From Lobosporangium transversale (lineage: Eukaryota), in contig NW_019028981.1 of the NCBI RefSeq assembly GCF_002105155.1, positions 806,001 to 870,000 on the forward strand: a stretch of 64,000 nt of DNA, in the 5' to 3' direction. Below the pieces are notes generated by a model that saw nothing but the letters and a program-made list of their open reading frames with translations, searched no databases and was not told the origin of the DNA. Below, piece after piece: positions 46,301 through 57,853 of this stretch. Both the position numbers and the translations under genes were made by a program. Within the stretch, counting starts at the first letter, position 1; each line of letters begins with the position of its first letter.

Positions 46301-46783
46301 GTCTTCTTGCTTTTAAATTCTTTTGTTGTGGAAACAATCCAATCCGTTTGATTACTGTTCTTATTGATTAATGTACAACACTAGGATACCTGTCAGAGAT
46401 AGATAATCTCTGAGGGCACGTTTTGTAGATTTTCTACTGATTTAATATGTGTAAGTCGTGTAAACAATGGTCACTCACATGGACAAGGGAGGTTAGGATT
46501 AAGATGATGTCATTACGGCAAGAACTAATGATAATCTTGATGCGATCTAATAGCTAATGCAAGCAAACCGATGCTGCGCAATCCGCAGCAAGACCAGATG
46601 ACTCATCCGCATGACTCCAAATTGACCAATGATATTCCGGAAGACAAACAAGTGGAGAGTACCCTATCCGATGCCAAGACTACGACTAGTAATCAATCAT
46701 CAAATGAGGAAGACTCTGCCACCTCAACCAAGACATATAATAGTCTAGAAGTACCATCTCATATCAAGTAGCAATAAACACCT

Positions 46784-47050
46784 TATCTTTACTATACTTG
46801 CTTCCCTCACCTTTGCCCACATATTTCTCTTGATCCTTTGCCCACATACTTCTCTTAATCCCTTGCCCACTTACTTCTCTTGATCCCTTGCACACTACCT
46901 GGTTAGTTACCTAGTCTTCCTCTAGTCTGGCTTTATTGCACATCATATCTTTACTATAATTTGCTTCCTCCATCCTTGACCACACTTCTCTTGTTCCTTG
47001 AACCCAACTGGTTAGTTACCTTGTCTTCTTTTAAGCTGACTTTATTACAA
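46784..47050. repeat. Nested short tandem repeats (~26-bp unit) within a ~160-bp duplication
   Basis: CTTGCCCACATACTTCTCTTGATCC variants repeated; TATCTTTACTATA and CTGGTTAGTTACCT each occur twice. Confidence 0.75.
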
Positions 47051-49237
47051 TATCTCTGCAATCACTATCAATTTTTTGCAAAAATTATTAGGTACTTTCA
47101 ATATGCCTAAAGCCCACATGAACTTTTCTAAAGAGGAACTACATTGGATCCGCAATGAAGACAAGATATCTCCCGAAATATACTTCAAAAAATTCAGATC
47201 AGGCGCTCATAAATCTCACGAAGAACACCAGCGTTACTCCCGTTTACTGGGTATAGGTGGTTTTACGGAGGAGGAACTAGGAAAGCTTCGTAATGCTTTC
47301 GAATCATGGAAAATTAACAAGGCTGCTCAATTCTGGATGGATCGCAGTTCAAGAGATTCACAAATCAGAACAGCAGCTGTGTTAGTAAAGGGTTCGGAGG
47401 CATTCGCAAGCGGTTCCATTAATAGAAACAAATGGGATGAACTGGATGCGCAAGACGAGGAGCAAGGTATGCTTTTGGAACTGTGCCTATTTTTTCATAT
47501 GATTTTTTTCTTCTTTTTTTAACTCCTTATTGACAATAGTTAGCCGCAAGCGCCCACAGGAAATCCTTAGAAACAGCAACAAACTGTCAAAGTCACAACG
47601 GAGCGATGGTGAGTGCCTTTATGGATTGGCTGAAGTATTACTGTTTGTATTAATATTGTTATTATTAATTATTGTCATTATTAATTATTATAACTGACTG
47701 TTTTGCCCATATTCTGTAATAGCAGCAGAGGCTGGATTGAAGGAAAATAAATACGTGGGACATTCCGATACGTACACTGAGGTAGATGGTTCAAGTCCGC
47801 AGATCGATGAGCAAATTCCTTCTTCAGGTAAAATGATGCGAAATATATTTATATGCAAATAAGTATAGTATGGTCTTTAATTATAGTATTTGCCAATTAG
47901 ATACGGCAGCGACAACCACGACCGTTCCTACCAAGCTCGACAAGGTAATGATTGCGTCGACAGCTGCTCCGAGGACTAAGGTAAATGCGCATTGAATATG
48001 TTAATACATTTTTCAACCTGAAGTGTAATACCATGTTTTATCATATAAGTCAACCGGTTGACTGTTTATTTTATGAACCAACTGTGCTTATGAAGTCTGC
48101 GAAGCCATATAATGGACACAAACTAACTGCTTCTTAACAATCTTGCTAGAATGCCAAAAAGCAATCTGAGGATAGAAGCAGAATTAAGCAAGCGGCGCAG
48201 GGTTAGCTTCGGTTCTACAGTCTCCACCACAACAACAACCTCTGGTTCACTCTACTCATACCATGGATCGGAGACGTCCTCAGAGTCGGATAGGTATGTC
48301 TACCACTTTCTTGGAGGGAGTGGCCGAGAGGACTCCATACTCGAAACATCATGGATGTACAATGGTGTCGACATCAGCAAGGACCTAATGACATTCCGAG
48401 ATCGCATAGTTCGAGAGAACTATGGGATCTCGCGGCCCCATGAGATGCTGTACGTTTTATTTTATTATTTCATTCTTTGCCTTGCAGCGCCTTTCCTCTT
48501 CTATCTTGTACTAAAGACTACTGACCGCGTTGTCTGATAGCGTTATCAACTTTATCTTCCTTCTGGAGTCGGAGAACCAGATTTGGGGCTTGCAGGGGGA
48601 GGTCCAAGACCATGTTTGGGAGTCCATGTGGGACTCTGTGGGCAAGAAAAAGATCAATAACTTCAAGTCTACCATGATCATTGAGTGCCACAAATGGGCA
48701 GCGCTGGTAGCAAGTAACAACTTCGACGAGTACTCAAAGCTTTTGAGAAGCAACCCTCCCTGTTTTCCTCTTCTCCACCAGGTCCTGCTGCAGCTGATCT
48801 CGTCGCAACAGCTATGGACATTTTCTAGCCTTGAGAATGAGGCAACTTTTATTCGATACCTCATCGACCCCTGCTTGAATGTGACATTTGGGTCGATCAA
48901 GCATACGAGCAGCAAGTGGTATGTAATGTTCTAAGCCTTGTGTTGTGAATATCTTTTGTTCAAGAAGTCGCTAATGCTCTCTTCCTTATATTTTAAAAGG
49001 ACAACTGTGCTGGATGAATGCAAAAATCAAGGTAGTGTTCTAGGGGGATCTAAGGGTGCAATAAAGGTATCTTTATTCAGGGGGAACTATGCTACAGAAC
49101 TAGATAGAAAAGTAGACCTATTTATACTAGTTAATATCCTGTTGCAAGGAATGCTCTAGAAATATGGGCGAAATACTATGTTGCACAAAATTATTATAGT
49201 GATTTCGCTTGCATCCTTCCCGTCATGAAGAAACCTA

Positions 49238-52200
49238 TTATCTTGTTTTTCTTGAAGCCTCAAAGACGGCAAGCGCCTCTTTAGCGTTTGCGAGCGAAGA
49301 TTTTGTTTCCCAAGTGGCTTCATCTAATGGATAGCCTTTCCAAAGAACGAGCCACTTAGGAGTTTTGCCAAACATTTTGAAGTCAATGATTTTGTCGACT
49401 TCATACTCCTCTTCTCCATCTACAAGCTCGGGGGCAGGGCGTGGTGGTAAGCGGTCGCCGAATTCACGAGGTGACTCAATATAGGGGCGAAGCAGATCGG
49501 CATTAAAGACTGGATGCTGATGCATGTCAGGCGGTAGTTCCAGCTTGTAGGCATTTTCATTGACCTTCGAAATGATCTTGTAAGGGCCTATGTACTCAGG
49601 TTCCAGTTTCTGCGACGGCCTATTTTTATGTCCCGCGACAGAGATGTTTTCCGAGCTTAAGAGCACCATGTCACCCACAGCAAACGTAGCAGGCCTGCGA
49701 GTTTTGTCCGCTTGGGCCTTTTGCCTATTCTGCGCTTCGATGATGGCATCCTGAGCTAGCGCCAAATTCATCGACTGGGTTCGAACAAAATCACTGACAG
49801 CCGGAACATTGGTATCAGGTGGCTTTAAAAGAGATCCAGGGACTAGTGGATGGTGACCATAGTTCAGAAAGAATGGGGAGAAGCCTGTCGTAGGATTGAC
49901 AGAGTTGTTGTATGCGAACTCCATCATAGGCAGTAAAAGATCCCAGTCGTTTTGCTTGTACGATATGTAAGAGCGGAGCATTTCTTCTAATGTTCTGTTG
50001 GCGCGCTCTGTTTGTCCGTCTGATTGTGGATGGAAGGCAGTAGACATGTTAAGTTTGGTGCCCATGAGCTTCATCAACGTTGTCCAGAACTTGCCGGTGA
50101 AACGTGAATCTCTGTCTGACACAATTGTCCGAGGCATGCCGTGCAGTCTAAAAACATTGTCGAAAAAGAGTCGTGCAACATCAGAGGCAGTGTCGGTAGT
50201 TCGGCTAGCGCAGAAATGAACTTGCTTGGACAGTTTGTCCACAAAGACCGTAATCGCGTCAAAACCTCTGGCTGTCTTCGGAAGCTTGACAATGAAGTCC
50301 ATTGTTACAGTATCCCATCGTTGGCTTGGAATTGCCAAAGGTTGGAAAAGCCCTGCAGGAGGCTTTAGTGAAGGCTTGTTACGCTGGCATTGCTCACAGG
50401 AAGCAATGTATTTTTTTATATCCCTCGCCATGCGTGGCCAAAAATATGTTCGTCGCATGCTACTGTACGTTTTATCGAATCCCAAGTGACCTGATATAGG
50501 AGCGTCGTGAGCGTCATGCAAGAGTTGTGAACGGAGTCCGTCGTCCTTGGGTATGCAGAGGCGAGGGCCTTGTCCAGCGTTGATCCAGAGTAGACCATCC
50601 ACCACGAAGTAACGATCCGAGGTAGAGGCATCCTTATACTGATGCACGAGGGGACCTAGAATTGGATCGTGTAGGTAGCAACTGGCTAGTTGTTTTCGAA
50701 TGCCAGGGTCTAGATTGATATCCAAGGAGTTCAAAGTAGTAGGTGTAGCCTCCAAGTCCTTGAGGTCCGGTCTTCGTGAAAGAGCATCAGGGACGACGTT
50801 ATCTTTACCAGGTTTATACTTGAATACGAAATCATACTCTTGAAGCAACTCCATCCATCTTGCTTGTCTGCGAGTCAAGTTCGGCTGGCTAGGAAAATGT
50901 TGTAGAGTGGCATGGTTGGTATAAACGACAAAGTGAGAACCATCAAGGTAGTATCGCCATGTCTTCAGAGCATGCACCACAGCCAGCAGTTCTTGTTCGT
51001 GTGTAGGATAGTTGCGTTCCGCTGGGTTGAGCTTGCGTGAAGTAAAAGCTACTGGTCGTGATTCACCATTTTGGTCCGTCTGGAACAGGACAGCACCAAC
51101 TGCAAAGCCTGAAGCGTCTGTTTCGACTGCTGTAGAGAGGGCAGGATCGAATATCCTAAGAACTGGTGCTGAGCTCACTGCTCTTTTCAAAGTCTCAAAG
51201 GCGTCTTGTTGAGATTTTCCCCAGTGGAATTCCTTATTGGAGCCTAACAATTGTGTGAGGGGAAGAGCAATATCAGCGTAATGAGAAATGTACTGATGGT
51301 AAAAATTAGTCAAACCAAGGAATTGCATCACATGTCGTTGGGTTGTTGGTACTGGCCATTCCCTTATTGCCTTGACAAGTCCGCCATTCGTCTTGAGTCC
51401 ATCCTTGGATATGACATGGCCTAGGAACTCAGTCTCTTCCTGCATGAAGGAACACTTGGATAATTTACAATAAAGCCCAGCTTGACGCAAGAGGGAGAGT
51501 ACTTGTCGGATGTGCTCTAAGTGATCTTTCTCGTTATCGGAGTAAATTAAAATATCATCGAGATACACAACAACACATTTATCAAGAAGTGGATCAAGTA
51601 CGTTACGCATCATAGTCGAGAACGCTGCAGGTGCATTTGTAAGACCGAAAGGCACGACGTTAAACTCGTAGTGGCCATAGCGAGTTCGGAACGCGGTCTT
51701 GTGTTTATCATCAGGATGGACACGCATCTGATGATAGCCCGAGAGTAGATCCAGCTTGGTAAAACATTTAGCTGTTCTGAATCTGTCGATCAATTCATCG
51801 ATCCGTGGTAAGGGGTACCTGTTTTTCTTTGTGATCTTGTTCAGGCCCCGATAATCAACACACATTCGAAGCGAGCCATCCTTTTTCTTCACAAAGAGGA
51901 CTGGAGCACCGTATGGTGAGGTGCTCGGTGAGATTAATCCTTTTTGTAAAAGATCAGTTAGCTGCTTCTTCAGTTCATCAAGCTCAGCGATCGACAATCT
52001 GATGACAGGTCGGACAGGTGGGTCAGCATAAGGGTCAGTCTCTATACGCATGCTATCACCTCTGTCAGGGGGAAGGCCATCGGGAAGCGTTGTAGGAAAG
52101 ACATCAGGGAATTCGACTTGAACGATTTGCTTGATAGAGTCCGGTAGTTCAGAACTACTGCTAGAGACAGGTACTGGAACTCGAACTTGGGTGAGGAATA

Positions 52201-52981
52201 CAGAGGCATCAGGTTCCGAGGCAACGGTAAGGAAGTTAAGAGCAGATATGACGGAAGATCGCTGTCTAGGCTTCCTGTCGATGCCAGTGCAAGCCCACAA
52301 GACCGGGGTACCTTGGTATTCAAAATGCAGATCATTTGTTCGCCAATTGATGCGAGGGTTGATATCCGTCAGCCATGGTTTACCCAAAATTAGGTCGTAT
52401 TTGGATAGAGGATAAACAATGGCGTTGATTTTATCCTGATACGCGTTGCGGGCGAGGGTGAACGTGGCTGTGTGCTGAGCAATTGTCTCGGTACCGTTGG
52501 GAAGAATGACAGGAATGGGTCTACCCTCAATTAGCGGAACATGTGTGTTCTCGCAGAAAGAGGAACTTATGACATTGCCTTCGGCCCCTCCATCTACAAG
52601 AATGCGCGCAGGTCGACCATTCACTGCTCCAATGAAAGTAAGGAGTCGGCGAGAGTTTTTATGTTTGTCATAGGTAAGGCTGAAGGATTGAAGGCGAATT
52701 TCGTTACGACAATGGGAGTGGCGATTGGATGAACTAGGGGTAGATGAATGAGTGGAAGTGAGTGAAGTGGAAACAGTGAAAGGATCAGTGGAGGGGAAAA
52801 TAGGGTCGGAGAGGGGATTGTTTTTTAGCAATGAGGAATGAGTAGGGGAATGGGGATCAGGATGAGGTGAATACTTAGAGAGTAGATGTAAGGAAGTAGA
52901 TGCAGTGGGAGCAATAGAGTGATCAGAAAGGGGCATGGATGTTATATTTGTGCACAAAGGATTTTTATTTGTAGTCATCAA
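49238..52981 (-). CDS. pol: Gypsy Pol: protease, RT, RNase H, integrase, chromodomain
   Basis: LVDGGAEGNVI, YLDDILIYS, VETDASG, H..GHLG..CEQC, TMDF/VSDRD/GQTER, IGPY, EYEVDKII..WLVLWKGYPLDEATWE. Confidence 0.96.
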   Translation of the reverse strand: MMTTNKNPLCTNITSMPLSDHSIAPTASTSLHLLSKYSPHPDPHSPTHSSLLKNNPLSDPIFPSTDPFTVSTSLTSTHSSTPSSSNRHSHCRNEIRLQSFSLTYDKHKNSRRLLTFIGAVNGRPARILVDGGAEGNVISSSFCENTHVPLIEGRPIPVILPNGTETIAQHTATFTLARNAYQDKINAIVYPLSKYDLILGKPWLTDINPRINWRTNDLHFEYQGTPVLWACTGIDRKPRQRSSVISALNFLTVASEPDASVFLTQVRVPVPVSSSSSELPDSIKQIVQVEFPDVFPTTLPDGLPPDRGDSMRIETDPYADPPVRPVIRLSIAELDELKKQLTDLLQKGLISPSTSPYGAPVLFVKKKDGSLRMCVDYRGLNKITKKNRYPLPRIDELIDRFRTAKCFTKLDLLSGYHQMRVHPDDKHKTAFRTRYGHYEFNVVPFGLTNAPAAFSTMMRNVLDPLLDKCVVVYLDDILIYSDNEKDHLEHIRQVLSLLRQAGLYCKLSKCSFMQEETEFLGHVISKDGLKTNGGLVKAIREWPVPTTQRHVMQFLGLTNFYHQYISHYADIALPLTQLLGSNKEFHWGKSQQDAFETLKRAVSSAPVLRIFDPALSTAVETDASGFAVGAVLFQTDQNGESRPVAFTSRKLNPAERNYPTHEQELLAVVHALKTWRYYLDGSHFVVYTNHATLQHFPSQPNLTRRQARWMELLQEYDFVFKYKPGKDNVVPDALSRRPDLKDLEATPTTLNSLDINLDPGIRKQLASCYLHDPILGPLVHQYKDASTSDRYFVVDGLLWINAGQGPRLCIPKDDGLRSQLLHDAHDAPISGHLGFDKTYSSMRRTYFWPRMARDIKKYIASCEQCQRNKPSLKPPAGLFQPLAIPSQRWDTVTMDFIVKLPKTARGFDAITVFVDKLSKQVHFCASRTTDTASDVARLFFDNVFRLHGMPRTIVSDRDSRFTGKFWTTLMKLMGTKLNMSTAFHPQSDGQTERANRTLEEMLRSYISYKQNDWDLLLPMMEFAYNNSVNPTTGFSPFFLNYGHHPLVPGSLLKPPDTNVPAVSDFVRTQSMNLALAQDAIIEAQNRQKAQADKTRRPATFAVGDMVLLSSENISVAGHKNRPSQKLEPEYIGPYKIISKVNENAYKLELPPDMHQHPVFNADLLRPYIESPREFGDRLPPRPAPELVDGEEEYEVDKIIDFKMFGKTPKWLVLWKGYPLDEATWETKSSLANAKEALAVFEASRKTR

Positions 52982-53052
52982 CTGTAACTGACCATGCCCT
53001 CTATTATCCAGGGCTTGAAGGCTGGGGCTAGAGGGGGCGAGGCAGGCCTGGT

Positions 53053-54566
53053 TTACTGCTCGCCCTCCTCTTTTCCCGACTCAGAAAGCGTATGGTCATT
53101 GTTTTCTATATTAAAGACAGAGGTGCGTTGGCATTGTTCGGCTCTATGACCTCGGTTCCGGCATCTGAAACAACGCCCCTCACGAACGCAACGTTCTCGT
53201 TCAGCTGCTGTGAGCTTGGGTAGCGAGCTTGGCTTGGAGTGGTTTCTGTTTGGTCGTTGCTGATGGAGAGAGGTGTACAGGTTGGCAACCAACATTCTCA
53301 TGTTATCGAGATCCATTGGTGTAGGGCCAGAATTATTCTCATGATGGGGTGATAAGGCGTTCGGGGTAGCGGATACAGGGGTGGCATCGATGGGATGTAG
53401 AATACTGTGGACAATGGTCGCCTGCTCAATGGCATCGTCCAACGTCTCTGGCTGTCTAAGTCTTACCTGCTTGCTTGTTTCGGGCTCAAGGCCTAGCATG
53501 TATTTTTGCAAAGCAGAGTCTGTCACGAACAGCAAGCAATGTCTAGCTCATGAATTGATGAATGACTTTTGTCTGATTCGAATCTGAAAAAGATCACGTG
53601 TGCTTGATTAATTTGTTCCGCTCATTTCCTTCACTCATTCCTCCATGCATAGTTTGCCTGTCAAGCCAAGTCGCGTCTCCTAGTTTTCTAGCTCCGTGAA
53701 TAGCTCCAAGGATTCTAGAAGAGCTATAAACCAATAACCAAGGCTTATAGTGCCAAGGAACCTTGAAATAAGATTGCACCAGATATCTTCCTCGGATCCT
53801 GTGTATTAAGTTAACTCAACACTTGAAGTTCCGCATATGGTAAAAGTCCTTAGGAAATATTTGAGTAAGCTTTATTTAGAGTTCTTGAAGCGCGTCTCCG
53901 CTTCAGTCAAACAAGTATAAATATGATAGATTTGTAACATAGTAAACCTCAGTCTGCAATAAAACTATTCGTGAATCCATTCTAGTTCTCAGCTCATTAT
54001 CATTCTTGTTATTCATTCACTTACCTTTCCTTGCAAACCCTTTGTCAGTCCTTGACAGAGTCTTTGTCGAGATTTGTAGCCAGACGTAGGTGGCTTCTAA
54101 ACTTGCTCGTATATTCTGCCACACTCATCCTTCCCTGACGAAGTTTATCCAACGCTCGGCGAGCTGCATTCGCAGAATCTGGAGGGGTGAACTGACGGAG
54201 GAATGCTTTACGGAAGTCAGCCCAAGGTGTATCGAGATTCAACCCGGAATCTCTCCACCATGCCTTGGCTTCGCCATTGAGACTGAGGACAGCGTATCGA
54301 ACCCATTTGGATGGCGTGAGTGTGACAATAGTGTAATACTCCTCCAGGCTGTCGACAAAGTTTAAGGCTGCAACAGCGTTAATAGCTCCTTCGTAAGGCG
54401 TAGGCTTCTGTGGCTTTAGGACCGTGGCGAGGGTTCTGGCTAGGTCATCCTCAGCGGCTTCGTTGGCTTTAGCAGTAGAGAGGGCCTGATTAAAAGCAGT
54501 AGCTATGGCTTCGCGAATGTTCAGAGGAAGATCGATGGACGAAAGGGCGTTATTCAAGTGTTCCAT
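53053..54566 (-). CDS. gag: Gypsy Gag with CCHC zinc knuckle, split by a solo LTR
   Basis: LNGEAKAWW..WADFRKAFLRQF..LRQGRMSVAEYTSKF; CFRCRNRGHRAEQC. The frame is restored (NLDKDSALQKY) when the insertion and one TSD copy are removed. Confidence 0.9.
53521..54057. mobile_element. Solo LTR of an unrelated retrotransposon (537 bp) inserted in gag
   Basis: TGTCA...TGACA ends; 5-bp TSD GAGTC. Confidence 0.88.
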
Positions 54567-55643
54567 GGCGAGGGGTGAAATTCAATGGTAATTGTAGTTC
54601 TCTGGGTGTGGTCGTGGTTTCCTTTGCTACCAATGCAAAAGTCAAGGTAGTGTTCTAGGGGGATCTAAGGGTGCAATAAAGGTATCTTTATTCAGGGGGA
54701 ACTATGCTACAGAACTAGATAGAAAAGTAGACCTATTTATACTAGTTAATATCCTGTTGCAAGGAATGCTCTAGAAATATGGGCGAAATACTATGTTGCA
54801 CAAAATTATTATAGTGATTTCGCTTGCAATGAAACAAGCGGGCAAGATTCGCGCCTCCTCTTCCCAGACTTTTCTCTTGTGACCCAACTTCGCGACCATT
54901 CATGTTCGTTGGTTCATATGGAGGGCAAGACCGCTGCTAATAAGGGCTTGTCACAGATATGGGACGACCTTACCAAGCTGGGACAGGAACTGAAGCACTC
55001 TCTTGATGCTATGATCGTTCTGGAGCCCAGTGGTCCTGTGTCAGTCATAGGGATTCTTCTTAAAGGTAGGATGGTGCCTCATGTACCTTTATGTTGATTT
55101 CATTGCTAATATCGGCTCTTCTGTCTGTAGGATACAACTTGGAGTTCTATGAGATGACCATACAGGCTGAGGGAGTATATATTTTTAAAAAGTATGCAGA
55201 TTGCTACTTGTTCAACATAGCTGAGAACATGTTCCCACTTTGTAGGCTCCTTGAAATCCTTGAGACAACAAAGGTACATGGTTTAAATATATTGTGATAG
55301 CGAATGAAGGCCGTATTAAATCAAAACTTGATAGTATTAACTCCACTCTGTAGATCATGGTAGAGAGAACTCTTATGAATCTGCGAGCCGTCAAGATTGC
55401 ACCATCAGATTCACCACTGGTACCTTTTAGTTGGCTTAGACCGTCTTTCGTCAAGCCAAGAAGGATATTGTTGCCAGATTAGAGTGTTCTTGCCAATAAA
55501 GTTCCATGGAAACTAACAACATCAGTCAATGATATACAAGCTAAGCTGCCGTTGTACTGTCGTCATCTAAAGCCAATCAATAATTTCAAAATATTGACAT
55601 TGTCATTCCTTTCTCCAATTTGATCTTCCTTGTTGACAATGTA

Positions 55644-56084
55644 TAGTGCGTGCCAAAACTGATGCAATAAATTGCATTTTTCAACATTTATTTCTCATTC
55701 TCCTTCTTCTTCTTTATGATCTTCCCTACCACCACCATTTCTCATTCTCATTTGTCTCACCTCCATGGAGTCTCATCGTCATCGCCATCAGTGGCCTAAT
55801 TAGCATTTAAATGCAATTTGCTTTCAGCCACTCATTGCATCTATAATGGCAATTAGCAACTTCCTGTTTTTATTTATTCCTGTTACTTCTCCTTTACCCT
55901 AACGATGTTCCCTCTTTTAGCCTTATATAGCTCCCTCATCCTCTTCGGCATACCGCAGTATAGTTTGTGTAATAATTCAGGAGGGATATGTGTCCATACG
56001 TCTTAGACTCTCTCCCAGAGGTCCCCCATATTCTTTGGCTTGTCTGGATAATAATCCAACTGCACCTTCATGTATGCCCATATA
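55644..56084 (-). mobile_element. Truncated inverted copy of the right end (TIR plus 3' coding part) of the adjacent Tc1 element
   Basis: Reverse complement of about 57245-57683 with scattered substitutions. Confidence 0.85.
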
Positions 56085-57683
56085 TGGTGCGTGCCAAAAC
56101 TGATGCAATAATTTGCATTTTTTAACATTCATTCCTCATTCTCCTTTTCCTTTCTAATGATCTTCCCTACCATCACCGCTTCTCATTCTCATTTGTCTCA
56201 CCTTCGTAGACTGTCATCGCTGTTCTCATCAATGACGCAATTAGCGAATAATCGCCATTTGTATAGTCATGTCTCATTGCATCAGTTTTGGTAAAAAGTA
56301 CATGTCAGGTTTGTCCATCCCTTACTTCTTATTCTTTATTCTTTCTTTATAGCACCATCACCACTGATACACCAAGCGACACTCTACATATCTGCCATAT
56401 CTTTATCATAACATGAAATCATTATCCAAATCAACTATCCAAAATGCAACTGCTCTACTTCATCAGGGAAAGTCTTCCAGAGAAGTGTCAAAGAGTTTAG
56501 GGATATCTGTTACCTCAGCTCAAAGGATTAGGAAAAGAGGCAAAGAAAGTATTCCAGTGCTGAGAGGGGGCCGACCCTGCAAAGTTACTAAGAAAACGAA
56601 ACAGCTTTTATCAAGATTTTTTGACATGGGTGTATTGGAGACCCTAAAAGATGGCCAACAACTTGTTCAATTGAGGGAAGGAGTGCAGGTTAGTAAATCG
56701 AGCATCAGGAGGTTCCTTATGCAGGATGATATGGGGGCATATGTAAAACAGAAGCAGCCTGATCTGACGAAGAAGCAAATCTATGCTCGATATAATTTTG
56801 CAAAGGATCACTTGGACTGGACTCTAGAAGACTGGAAGAACGTCATGTTCTCAGATGAGACCATCTTTAGCAGAGTTGGGTCCTGCGGAAGAAAGTACTA
56901 CTACAAGCATCGATGGGATAAAACTCTACGAGCACATCATATCAAAAAGACAAGGCAAGGCGGTGGAGGCAAAATGATGTTCTGGGGTTGTATAACTTAC
57001 TACGGACCAGGCGATGGCTGCTGGCTCCAAGAGAAGGTGGATTCGGTAACATACGTCGACGTTCTCAAGGATTATATCTTTAAGTCCAGGGATTACTACT
57101 TGATGGATAAGGACAAATTTATATTTCAGCAGGACAATGCTAGGATTCATGCCGGAAGAATAGCAATGACCTATATCCAAAAGTCTAAGATACCTCTCAT
57201 GGAATGGCCAGCAAACTCTCCTGACATCAACCCAATAGAAAACATATGGGCATACATGAAGGTGCAGTTGGATCATTATCCAGACAAGGCAAAGAATATG
57301 GAGGATCTCTGGGAGAGAGTCCAAGACGTATGGACACATATCCCTCCTGAATTCTTACACAAACTATACTGCGGTATGCCGAAGAGGATGAGGGAGTTAT
57401 ATAAGGCTAAAGGAGGGAACATCGTTAGGGGAAAGGAGAAATAACAGGAATAAATAAAAACAAGAAGTTGTTAAGTGCCATAATAGATGCAATGAGATGC
57501 TGAAAGCAACTTGCAATTAAATGCCAATTAGGCCACTCATGGCGATGACGATGAGGCACCATGGAGGTGAGACAAATGAGAATGAGAAACGGTGGTGGCA
57601 GGGAAGATCATAAAGAGGAAGAAGGAGAATGAGGAATGAATGTTGAAAAATGCAATTTATTGCATCAGTTTTGGCACGCACTA
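56085..57683 (+). mobile_element. Tc1-like transposon with long imperfect TIRs and TA TSD
   Basis: T(G/A)GTGCGTGCCAAAACTGATGCAATAA at both ends; TA flanks. Confidence 0.88.
56413..57444 (+). CDS. Tc1 transposase, DD34E, intact ORF
   Basis: HTH, GRP, VMFSDE, FQQDNARIH, WPANSPDINPIENIW; 34 residues between the second D and E. Confidence 0.93.
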   Translation: MKSLSKSTIQNATALLHQGKSSREVSKSLGISVTSAQRIRKRGKESIPVLRGGRPCKVTKKTKQLLSRFFDMGVLETLKDGQQLVQLREGVQVSKSSIRRFLMQDDMGAYVKQKQPDLTKKQIYARYNFAKDHLDWTLEDWKNVMFSDETIFSRVGSCGRKYYYKHRWDKTLRAHHIKKTRQGGGGKMMFWGCITYYGPGDGCWLQEKVDSVTYVDVLKDYIFKSRDYYLMDKDKFIFQQDNARIHAGRIAMTYIQKSKIPLMEWPANSPDINPIENIWAYMKVQLDHYPDKAKNMEDLWERVQDVWTHIPPEFLHKLYCGMPKRMRELYKAKGGNIVRGKEK

Positions 57684-57704
57684 TATTTTCTATTGGTTGA
57701 TGAC

Positions 57705-57802
57705 CAGTGCTCCTATTCGGTTTAAAATTTTGTCAATTGATATTTATTTTTTTAATCTGAAACATCATAATTGACAAAATTTTAAACCGAATAGGAGCGC
57801 TG
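57705..57802. mobile_element. hAT-type MITE (98 bp); 8-bp TSD not preserved
   Basis: Nearly identical to 63544-63641. Confidence 0.82.
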
Positions 57803-57853
57803 TGACATACACCTCTACTTACAATTAACATTCCACATCGTTTAGTATTTATT

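Larger units (their letters stand above)
49019..54828 (-). mobile_element. Full-length Ty3/Gypsy chromovirus LTR retrotransposon
   Basis: 195-bp TG..CA LTRs at 49019-49213 and 54634-54828 (one mismatch seen); 5-bp TSD ATGAA; PBS-like TGGTAGCAAAGG next to the 5' LTR; PPT GGGAAGGA before the 3' LTR. Confidence 0.96.
47103..55482 (+). pseudogene. Multi-exon gene with a C-terminal PD-(D/E)xK-like domain, interrupted by the LTR retrotransposon
   Basis: Removing 49019-54833 joins TTVLDE to TSGQDSRLLFPDFSLV..VHMEGKT..WDDLTKLGQELK in frame; stop at 55480-55482. Confidence 0.75.

Noticed and set aside
46571..46771. 66-aa Ser/Thr-rich ORF
   Set aside because: No motif support; may be a fragment, cannot be called.
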